Assembly (NCBI GenBank): GCA_964438515.1
Contig: CAYTLK010000003.1
Coordinates: 20,195 to 84,194 of the forward strand
Direction: 5' to 3'
DNA from: an uncultured Planctomycetaceae bacterium
GTDB lineage: Bacteria > Planctomycetota > Planctomycetia > Pirellulales > Thermoguttaceae
DNA: 64,000 nucleotides
Shown here in pieces: positions 45,874 through 53,622 of the stretch. The notes below the pieces were generated by a model that was not told the DNA's origin, did no database searches, and saw only the letters and a program-made list of their open reading frames with translations. Positions within the stretch are counted from its first letter, which is position 1, and each line of letters starts with the position of its first letter. The translations under genes were made by a program, and so were the position numbers.

Positions 45874-46785
45874 ATGGCCAATTTACTCATCGTCGGTTCG
45901 TTCGCTTACGATACGATCAACACTCACACCGCCCGCCGCGAAAACGTCCTCGGCGGCACCGGCTCGCACGCTGCGTACGGAGCCTCCTTTTACACGAACG
46001 TTTACGCTTCCGGAATCGTCGGCGGCCTCGATTGGCGCCAGGAAGACTCGGACGCACTCGAAGCGCACAATATCAATCTCGAAAATCTTCAGATTGTTCC
46101 CGGCCAAAAAACCACTGCGTGGGAAGCCGTGTATGAAATCGATATGAATAATCGACAGACGCTTGATTTTCAGGCGAATTGTTCCATGAATTTTCATCCC
46201 AATCTCTCCGAAGAAGCGCGAAAATGCCCGTACATTTTTCTCGCAAACAACTCGCCGGAGTCCCAGATGGAAGTCATTTCCGAGTGCAAAGAACCAAAAC
46301 TCATTGTGGCCGACACGATGGATTTTTACATTAACGGGTCCAAAGATGCGTTGATGAAACTCCTCAAACAGGTGGACGGACTCATTCTCAACGACAGCGA
46401 AGCACAGCTTCTGACGGGAAAATCCGACCTTTTTGAATGCGGTGACGTTATTCGAACCATGGGACCGCGATTCGTCATCATTAAAAAGGGCGCGCACGGC
46501 TGCATCTTCATGGGAGAAGATGGGGAAATTTGCGTCTTTCCCGCGTTTCCGTCCCGAAATGTCGTGGAACCGACCGGTGCTGGAGACTGTTTCGCGGGCG
46601 CGTTCATGGGATACATCGCCTCGAAGGACTGCGCCGACCTGAAAACGATCAAAGAAGCGCTGATTTACGCAACCGTCACCGCAAGTTTTACGATCGAAGA
46701 TTTCAGTTTCGACGCCCTGAAACGCAGCACTCGCGCCGACATCGACGCACGATTCGAGAAGATGCGTAAGATGCTGAATTTTTAA
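45874..46785 (+). CDS. PfkB-family carbohydrate/nucleoside kinase
   Basis: The ATG at 45874 gives MANLLIVGSFAYDTI...LGGTGSHAAY. The C-terminal signature is VVEPTGAGDCFAGAFMGY. Confidence 0.8.
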   Translation: MANLLIVGSFAYDTINTHTARRENVLGGTGSHAAYGASFYTNVYASGIVGGLDWRQEDSDALEAHNINLENLQIVPGQKTTAWEAVYEIDMNNRQTLDFQANCSMNFHPNLSEEARKCPYIFLANNSPESQMEVISECKEPKLIVADTMDFYINGSKDALMKLLKQVDGLILNDSEAQLLTGKSDLFECGDVIRTMGPRFVIIKKGAHGCIFMGEDGEICVFPAFPSRNVVEPTGAGDCFAGAFMGYIASKDCADLKTIKEALIYATVTASFTIEDFSFDALKRSTRADIDARFEKMRKMLNF

Positions 46786-46794
46786 TATACTCGT

Positions 46795-46896
46795 TCCACT
46801 TGAAAATTTCGCATTGGGCGGCGACTGCGGCAGTCGTTTCTCGATAGAGTAACGACGGAGAAGCGAAAATTCAAAATGCATCGGGTATAATAAATC
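46795..46896 (+). promoter_or_regulatory. R2 conserved 102-nt structured element, copy 1 (upstream of M42 peptidase gene)
   Basis: tccacttgaaaatttcgcattgggcggc...aacgacggagaagcgaaaattcaaaatgcatcgggtataataaatc. The outer arms ttgaaaatttcgc / gcgaaaattcaa can pair around internal hairpins. The element ends 16 nt before the ATG at 46913 and contains TATAAT at 46886-46891. Confidence 0.7.
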
Positions 46897-46912
46897 AAAA
46901 AGAAAGAACTGA

Positions 46913-47977
46913 ATGGAAGTCAAAGCACGAAAATTTTTTGATGATTTGCTCAGTACGCCGGGACCGACGGGACACGAACAGCGTGTGCAGGAAGTCGTGC
47001 GGCAGTACGCCGCCGATTTTGCAGATTCCGTCACAACCGACGTGATGGGAAACGTCATCGCCGTTCGAAACGCAGACGCACCGCTGCGCGTGATGCTTGC
47101 GGGACACTGCGACCAAATCGGTTTGGGCGTTCGTTTTATCGACTCGAACGGATTCATTTACGTCCACACGCTGGGCGGATGGGACATTCAAAACCTCATC
47201 GGTCAGCACGTCACCATCTGGTCGGAAAACGGTCCAGTGGGGGGCGTTATTGGACGTAAACCCATCCATCTTCTGGAACCGGAAGAACGAGGAAAAGCTG
47301 CAAAACTCTGCGATATTTGGGTCGATATCGGCGCAAAATCGAAAGAAGAAGCCGAAAAACGCGTGAGGCTCGGCGACTGCATCACCCTCCGAACGACCTG
47401 CACGGAACTCTCCAACAACTGCGTGGCCGCAAGCGCAACGGATGACCGTTCCGGCGTGTGGGTCATTTTGGAAGCACTGAGACGAATCGACGCAAGTAAG
47501 TTAAAATGCGCAGTTTACGCAGTTTCAACCACCCAAGAAGAGGAAGGATACCGCGGCGCACAACCGGGTGCGTTCGGCGTCCATCCGCACGTTGGAATCG
47601 CGGTAGATGTAACGTTTGCGAGCGACTGTCCCTCCATTGAAGCCAAAAAAACCGGCGAAATCCATCTCGGCGGCGGTCCCGTCATCGAACGGGGACCCAA
47701 TTTCAGTCCCATCGTCGTGGATCGTTTTTGTGAAATTGCAGAATCCAACGAAATTTCCTATCAGCTTTGCGCCAACGGACGGCCCGGCGGAACGGACACG
47801 TATGTTATTCAAATGACACGCGAAGGTGTGGCGGCCGGACTCATCAGCATTCCGAACCGTTACATGCACTCGCCCGTCGAAATCGTTTCGCTCGACGACA
47901 TGGACGCCGCAGCCGACCTCATCGCAAGATTTATCGAAAATTTGGATGAAAATTACAGTTTTATTCCTCATATTTAA
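46913..47977 (+). CDS. M42-family metallopeptidase (glutamyl aminopeptidase / FrvX-like), copy 1
   Basis: FFDDLLSTPGPTGHEQRVQEVV, RVMLAGHCDQIGL, ATDDRSGVW, TTQEEEGYRGA and IPNRYMHSPVEIV. Confidence 0.85.
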   Translation: MEVKARKFFDDLLSTPGPTGHEQRVQEVVRQYAADFADSVTTDVMGNVIAVRNADAPLRVMLAGHCDQIGLGVRFIDSNGFIYVHTLGGWDIQNLIGQHVTIWSENGPVGGVIGRKPIHLLEPEERGKAAKLCDIWVDIGAKSKEEAEKRVRLGDCITLRTTCTELSNNCVAASATDDRSGVWVILEALRRIDASKLKCAVYAVSTTQEEEGYRGAQPGAFGVHPHVGIAVDVTFASDCPSIEAKKTGEIHLGGGPVIERGPNFSPIVVDRFCEIAESNEISYQLCANGRPGGTDTYVIQMTREGVAAGLISIPNRYMHSPVEIVSLDDMDAAADLIARFIENLDENYSFIPHI

Positions 47978-48097
47978 ATCAGACAAAACCTATCAAATCA
48001 AACATAAATCACATCAAAATCACACATAAATCGTTTTAATATCATAAAACACTTGAACAGTATTCAATTAGAATTCAACAAAAATCGGAGATTTTCT

Positions 48098-49156
48098 ATG
48101 GAACCTAAGGAATTTTTGAAAAAGATCCTAACGACGCCGAGTCCGACGGGGTTTGAACAGCCCGTGCAGGAAATCGTGCGCGAATACGCAAAAGATTTTG
48201 CCGACACGGTGGAAACCGACGTGATGGGAAACGTGATCGTCGGTCGAAATGTGGACGCGCCGTTCCGCGTGATGCTTACGGGGCACTGCGACCAAATCGG
48301 TTTGAGCGTTCAGTACATCGACCCGGATGGTTTCCTGTACGTTATTCCGCTCGGAGGTTGGGACATTCAGAACCTCATCGGTCAGCACGTCACCATTTGG
48401 ACGAAAAACGGTCCTCTTCCCGGCGTCATCGGCCGCAAACCAATACATCTTCTGGATGCGGGAGAACGGAAAATCGTTCCGAAAATCAGCGATATTTGGG
48501 TCGATATTGGAGCCTTCAGCAAAGAAGAAGCAGCGTCTTTGGTGCGCGTTGGGGACGCAATAACCGTTCAAATGACGTATTCGGAACTGCGAAACAACAA
48601 TATTGCGTCGAGCGCGACCGACGACAAATCGGGAATGTGGGTCGTGATGGAAGCACTGCGCCGCGTCGATTCCTCCAAACTGAAATGCGCAGCGTTCTCA
48701 GTCTCCACGACGCAGGAAGAGGTCGGTCTTCGAGGTGCCACAACCGCTGCGTATCACGTAAATCCGCACGTTGGAATTGCAGTGGACGTCACTTTTACGA
48801 GCGACTGTCCCACCATTGAAGCGAAAAAAATCAGTGAAATCAAACTCGGAAAAGGTCCCGCAATCGGCCGCGGCCCGAACTTTAATCCGGGTGTGGTGGA
48901 AAGCCTCGTCGCACTTGCAGAACAGAACGAAATTCCGTATCAGCTCAATCCCAGCGGGACCCCTCCAGGAACGGATGCGCGCATCATTCAAATGACGCGT
49001 TCCGGAATCGCGACGGGACTCGTAAGCGTTCCGAACCGTTACATGCACTCTCCGGTGGAAGTGGTTTCGTACGACGACATGAACGCCTGCGCCGATTTAC
49101 TCGCGCGATTCATTGAAAGTCTCGACGAAAATTCCGATTTTATACCTCACGTTTGA
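48098..49156 (+). CDS. M42-family metallopeptidase, copy 2 (tandem paralog)
   Basis: The ATG at 48098 gives MEPKEFLKKILTTPSPTGFEQPVQEIV. It is collinear with copy 1 throughout (RVMLTGHCDQIGL, ATDDKSGMW, TTQEEVGLRGA, VPNRYMHSPVEVV). Confidence 0.85.
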   Translation: MEPKEFLKKILTTPSPTGFEQPVQEIVREYAKDFADTVETDVMGNVIVGRNVDAPFRVMLTGHCDQIGLSVQYIDPDGFLYVIPLGGWDIQNLIGQHVTIWTKNGPLPGVIGRKPIHLLDAGERKIVPKISDIWVDIGAFSKEEAASLVRVGDAITVQMTYSELRNNNIASSATDDKSGMWVVMEALRRVDSSKLKCAAFSVSTTQEEVGLRGATTAAYHVNPHVGIAVDVTFTSDCPTIEAKKISEIKLGKGPAIGRGPNFNPGVVESLVALAEQNEIPYQLNPSGTPPGTDARIIQMTRSGIATGLVSVPNRYMHSPVEVVSYDDMNACADLLARFIESLDENSDFIPHV

Positions 49157-49161
49157 ATATA

Positions 49162-49299
49162 AGGGTCCTAAAAACTAAATATCAAAAAGTTTTTGACCCG
49201 GTACAACTGGAAGCGAGGAACTGGGGGAAAACAATATTCAAAATGTTGCTCCCCCACGACCGCGAGCGACTTGCAGGCAGAGATTCTCCCGCAGGATGA
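49162..49299 (+). repeat. R1 structured intergenic repeat, copy C
   Basis: It starts about 6 nt after the stop of M42 copy 2: gtcctaaaaactaaatatcaaaaagtttttgacccggtacaactggaagcgaggaactgggggaaaacaatattcaaaatgttgctcccccacgacc, plus a diverged tail ...gattctcccgcaggatgaa. Confidence 0.75.
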
Positions 49300-49372
49300 A
49301 TCGTGTAATTTTAAAACACAACGAATGTACGTTTTTCATTTATGAGGCGGCAAAAACGTAGAGGAACAAAAA

Positions 49373-50125
49373 ATGGCGATTTTGATACTGGGTGCAACGT
49401 CGGAAATTGCCGAACAAAACGTTGAAATTTTTGCGTCACGCGGTGAACACCTGATTCTGGCGGCTCGCCGTGTGGAAAGTCTGCCGAATTTGCCCGAAAA
49501 TTCTGCGCAGAATGTGTATTATGACGCGGAAGAAACGTTTCAGGACTTTCTTTCTGCGGAGTTATTTTGGCTCCAATGTGCGGAAATTGCACGCATTAAT
49601 TGGGATGAAGAGATTGAGGGGATTTACATCGCGCAAGGTTTCCTCCCTTCGTCCGACCGAATGCGGTGGGGGGATGAAATTGGGGAAACGATTTTTTTGA
49701 ATTTTACATCCATTACGTTTTTTCTTGAAGCCGCCGCCCACTGGTTCGAGTCGCACACCTTTAAGCCGGAGACGTGGATTGCGGTCATTTCGTCTGTCGC
49801 AGGAGATCGCGGACGTTTTTCAAACTATCCCTACGGAGCGGCAAAAGCGGGTTTGACGGCCTACCTTTCCGGACTGCGCGCCCGGCTGTATCCCTTGGGA
49901 ATTCACGTACTCACAATCAAACCGGGACTCGTAAAAACTCGGATGATTTACGGACGTCCTCAGGAAAAATCCCTGACGGCGGCGTCTCCCCAAAAGATTG
50001 CGCGGCAAATCGACACGGCAATCTCCCTTCGGCAAAACGTTTTGTACACCCCCCATTACTGGCGCTGGGTGATGGCGCTTGTTTGTTCCATTCCTGAGTG
50101 GATCTTTAAAAAAATCAAATTTTAA
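49373..50125 (+). CDS. short-chain dehydrogenase/reductase (SDR) family oxidoreductase
   Basis: MAILILGATSEIAEQ (glycine-rich NAD(P)-binding turn variant) and YGAAKAGLTAYLSGLR (YxxxK). Confidence 0.8.
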   Translation: MAILILGATSEIAEQNVEIFASRGEHLILAARRVESLPNLPENSAQNVYYDAEETFQDFLSAELFWLQCAEIARINWDEEIEGIYIAQGFLPSSDRMRWGDEIGETIFLNFTSITFFLEAAAHWFESHTFKPETWIAVISSVAGDRGRFSNYPYGAAKAGLTAYLSGLRARLYPLGIHVLTIKPGLVKTRMIYGRPQEKSLTAASPQKIARQIDTAISLRQNVLYTPHYWRWVMALVCSIPEWIFKKIKF

Positions 50126-50212
50126 CAATAAGTATTCATCATCAAATCAGAATAAACAGTTCACAAATCAAATAAATCAAATCACAGAATCATAAAACCC
50201 AGGAGAAAATTC

Positions 50213-50716
50213 ATGTTTTATGCGAAACTTGCAGACGTGACCCCCGAAACTCCGGAACTCGCCCGTTTCCCCGAAACCGTTGCTCGCGCTATTGCGTATC
50301 TGAAAACACACGATTACGCATCCCTCCCCCTCGGCAAAACGGCGATCGAAGGAGACGATATTTACATCAGTATGGCGGAATATTCCACAAAATCTGCCGA
50401 AAAAGCGGTGCTGGAATCGCATCGGAATTACATCGATATTCAACTCATGGTTGTAGGTGAGGAATGGATGGGTTACGCAAAATGTACGCCCGATCTGCCG
50501 GTGCTCGACGGCGGTTACAATTCGGAAAAAGACGTCGTTTTTTACCCGAAAAGCGTTATGCCGTTCTGGGCGCCCGGAGCCGAATCCCCTCAAAAACGTC
50601 TGGTAAAAGCTGGGGAGTTCTGCATTTTTACGCCTGAAGACGTGCATGCGAGTCAGATTTTCGCAACAGAATCCGCTTATGCAAAAAAAATCGTCGTGAA
50701 GTGCCGCGTCCAATAA
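50213..50716 (+). CDS. YhcH/YjgK/YiaL (DUF386, EbgC-like) family protein
   Basis: The length of 167 aa and the pattern GKTAIEGDDIYISMAEYSTK...ESHRNYIDIQLMVVGEEWMGY...FCIFTPEDVH are typical of this cupin-like family. Confidence 0.7.
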   Translation: MFYAKLADVTPETPELARFPETVARAIAYLKTHDYASLPLGKTAIEGDDIYISMAEYSTKSAEKAVLESHRNYIDIQLMVVGEEWMGYAKCTPDLPVLDGGYNSEKDVVFYPKSVMPFWAPGAESPQKRLVKAGEFCIFTPEDVHASQIFATESAYAKKIVVKCRVQ

Positions 50717-50849
50717 AAAGTTTCATCCCCAAAATAAAAAAGAATCAAAGGGAAACCGAATTTTTTCGTTTCCCTCGGACTCTTTGTCTTTATTTGATTT
50801 TTATTTGATTTTGTTATTGATTTTAATCATCAATTTTGAATAAAGATTT

Positions 50850-53234
50850 TTATTCTGTAAAGACCCGCGTGCTTTCCTCTTTCACAATCGGCGTCTGGAA
50901 TTCTCGACTGGAAAGTTTCACCGCGACGCGCTGGTCGCCGCTCGCAACACCACGTAAAGTAAATCGGTACGTTTTCGTCGCTTTCGGTCCCAAAGTCGGA
51001 ATCGCATTGAACAACAACTGTTTTCCATCGGCAGCATTTGCAGTTCTTGCGTTTTCATCGCACGTCACCACCTGCAATCCCACTGGAATATCCACCGCAA
51101 CCTGCACATTTTCCGCCTGTTTCGACCCTTGGTTCATCACTTCTACGGTGTAAGTCGTTTCCTCGCCGACCTGAATCGGATCGTTCGAATCCACCACCTG
51201 GAACATCAGAGCCGCAATTCCTTCTACAGAAACGTTCTTTTGACCGTTGATTGCAGGACAAATTTCAGCTGAAGCATTATAATTCATGGAAAACGCGCCG
51301 ATTTCGACTGGAGTGACGACGACCTCCGCCGTTGCGGTTTCGGTTGCGCCGAGTTCTTCCAGTTTCCACATCACACGTCGGGATTCTTTCAAAAATGCGC
51401 CAAAATTATTCGCCCGATTGAACGTCCATCCCGGCGGAAGCGTGACCGTCATTTCGACATTTTTTGCGGAAGCCGTTCCGGAGTTTTTCAAAACGAGCCG
51501 ATACGTTCCTTCTTTTTCCAAAAATCGTTTTCCAGGCCCTTCCAGACTCAGAGCAAGTTGGGGAGCCGTCACTTCCATTTCCAAAACGTTTTCGACGGTG
51601 AGATTGGGAGCCGATTTTGCAACGATTTTATTGGAAAACCGTCCGGGACGCACCGCCGTCAGAGGAAGTTTGGTCGTTTTCGACTCGCCCGGCTGCAAGT
51701 CTCCCACTTTATACAAGAGTTCCGCTCCCCCTTCAAACTGCAGTTCGGAAGGAACGGTCTCACTCAACACCACGTCGCGCGTCACGCCGGTTCCGGGATT
51801 CGAAACTACAATACTGAGTTCGGTCGAAGTTCCGAGTAAAATCGACGCGTCCCCAAACGTTTCGACTTTCAGCAAAGGCCGCGTCGCCACAGTTTTTGCC
51901 GACGCAACCGAACGCGTTGTAACCGTTGCGACACTTCCAATTTCGCCTTCCTGCGTCGGAATCAGTTCCATTTTTACGGTCGCCATCGTTCCGGACGGCA
52001 TCGTTCCGACATTCCACGTAATTTCACCATTCGGCGCGACTTGAGCTGCGGGATACGTATTCAGAAGCTGCGTTCCTTGCGGAATTTCATCGTGAATTTG
52101 TACACCCACGGCATCCGTTTTTCCTTCATTTTTCACCGTAATTTCCCACACGGACGCTTTTCCGACCTGAATTTCAACGGGCGCTTTTTTCTGAATGGAG
52201 ACGCGAGTCAGTTGCGCCCCTTCAAGCGACGCGTCGCCCGGTTTCCCGCTCCCCTGTGAAGTTGCGGAGGACGGGGAAGATGTAGAAGGTGCGGAAGATA
52301 CAGAAACAGGATTTTCGTTCATCGTATGACCGGAATTGGCCGCCGGATGCATCTCGACGGGAGGATTCGAGTCGGAAAAAGCAGCGGAAGGTGCTGGAAC
52401 CTGCGTTTCCACGGCAGGAAGTTCAGAAACGGGAGTTTCCGGAGGGAGTTCCTTAAGCTCTGCCGGCGCTTGAACCGGCGACGCCTGCTGACCGATGGAA
52501 GAATTTGCAGGAACCACTTCCGAAACGACTTCCGGAACCGTTTCAGAAAAATTTTCGGGAATGTTTTCCGGAATACTTTCAGAAAAATTTTCAGAAAAGT
52601 TTTCAGGAATCACCTCGGAAACTGTTCCGGGTGCGGCAGAATCAGGGGTCGGTATTGGAGCAGGGCGGTTCTCCGGCAAATTTGCCGCAATATCCACACT
52701 TTCCGGCAAATTTGCCGTTACTGTATTTTCATCCCCAATTTCTTTCTTCCCCGAACCATTCATCTCAGCTGGCGACGACATTTCCGGCAGTTCGGACATT
52801 TCCGGCAAACTCATCGGAATTTCCGTTGGAATCTCCATCGGAATCTCTTTTTGAGTTTTATTTTTATTTTCAGTCGAAAGGGGAATTTCCCCCTCACCCG
52901 CCGCCGCAAACGGGTCGCTCGCGACAGGCTGTTCCGCCGTCGTTTGAATCACTTTTTGGTCCGTCGGTTTTTCGGAAAGTGAAGCGGGAATGGAAGTCGC
53001 ACGATGCGTCTGCGTCTGCATTTGCGGCCCGACGGTTTCCTCACTCCGCTCGTTCTTCCGCAGATTCATGGATTTCAGGAGCGAATCGGGAATCGAAACC
53101 CCCATTTCCCGCGCAAGTCCCGACACAATGGAACCTTTTTCCGGCGGATTGGCGGACAGAACCAACGCAGCTGCGCCGTTCCAAACGAGAATTCCTGCCG
53201 CTAGACTCATAATGAAGGTTGTATGCTTTTTCAT
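50850..53234 (-). CDS. secreted DUF11 (conserved repeat domain) surface protein with a long low-complexity N-terminal half
   Basis: Signal peptide. The C-terminal ~450 aa consist of Ig-like DUF11-type units (VWEITVKNEGKTDAVGVQIHDEIPQGTQLL; TYTVEVMNQGSKQAENVQVAVDIPVGLQVV). The N-terminal half is rich in P/E/S/N with IPENFSENFSESIPENIPENFSE repeats. Confidence 0.65.
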   Translation of the reverse strand: MKKHTTFIMSLAAGILVWNGAAALVLSANPPEKGSIVSGLAREMGVSIPDSLLKSMNLRKNERSEETVGPQMQTQTHRATSIPASLSEKPTDQKVIQTTAEQPVASDPFAAAGEGEIPLSTENKNKTQKEIPMEIPTEIPMSLPEMSELPEMSSPAEMNGSGKKEIGDENTVTANLPESVDIAANLPENRPAPIPTPDSAAPGTVSEVIPENFSENFSESIPENIPENFSETVPEVVSEVVPANSSIGQQASPVQAPAELKELPPETPVSELPAVETQVPAPSAAFSDSNPPVEMHPAANSGHTMNENPVSVSSAPSTSSPSSATSQGSGKPGDASLEGAQLTRVSIQKKAPVEIQVGKASVWEITVKNEGKTDAVGVQIHDEIPQGTQLLNTYPAAQVAPNGEITWNVGTMPSGTMATVKMELIPTQEGEIGSVATVTTRSVASAKTVATRPLLKVETFGDASILLGTSTELSIVVSNPGTGVTRDVVLSETVPSELQFEGGAELLYKVGDLQPGESKTTKLPLTAVRPGRFSNKIVAKSAPNLTVENVLEMEVTAPQLALSLEGPGKRFLEKEGTYRLVLKNSGTASAKNVEMTVTLPPGWTFNRANNFGAFLKESRRVMWKLEELGATETATAEVVVTPVEIGAFSMNYNASAEICPAINGQKNVSVEGIAALMFQVVDSNDPIQVGEETTYTVEVMNQGSKQAENVQVAVDIPVGLQVVTCDENARTANAADGKQLLFNAIPTLGPKATKTYRFTLRGVASGDQRVAVKLSSREFQTPIVKEESTRVFTE

Positions 53235-53504
53235 GACCCGTTCCTAAATACAATATTACACATTTACGCATTGAAATGCGGATTTTTATTCGTTCGTTCG
53301 AAAACCAGAATCTCTGACATTTATTTATAGCGCAAAAGAGAAACTTTGGAAAGAGCAATTTCCTCATTTTTTAGTCGGAATGGAACCATTTGAAAAGATT
53401 TCCTGAAATTCCCTTCTTTTCTACGGGAAACAAGTTGACAGTTCCTCCTATTTTATGTATAATGACGCTTTCAGGATGAACCCCCCCTGAATACCTATTC
53501 TGAC

Positions 53505-53606
53505 TCCACTTGAAAATTTCGCTTTGGGGCGGCTGCAAGAGCACTCGTTTTGCGAGAGCGCGAACGACGGAGAAGCGGAAACTCAAAATGCGTCGGTATA
53601 AAAATC
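53505..53606 (+). promoter_or_regulatory. R2 conserved 102-nt structured element, copy 2 (upstream of M16 peptidase gene)
   Basis: tccacttgaaaatttcgctttggggcggc...aacgacggagaagcggaaactcaaaatgcgtcggtataaaaatc. It has the same length as copy 1 and ends 16 nt before the first in-frame ATG at 53623. Confidence 0.7.
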
Positions 53607-53622
53607 TCCCATTAGGAAAGGA

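Noticed and set aside
45883-47157. A 424-aa minus-strand ORF opposite the PfkB kinase and M42 genes. Similar long antisense ORFs occur at 346..1290, 8716..9630, 11715..12449, 13342..13956, 14373..15281, 15295..16083, 16261..16986, 18490..19707, 23141..23986, 29635..30837, 30916..32130, 33306..34142, 42021..43115, 54298..54957, 55426..56394 and 62984..63631.
   Set aside because: Each lies antisense to a gene with strong family motifs. Their translations are Arg/Phe/Cys-rich and motif-free, and several span intergenic gaps of the sense genes. I treat them as frame-shadow ORFs.
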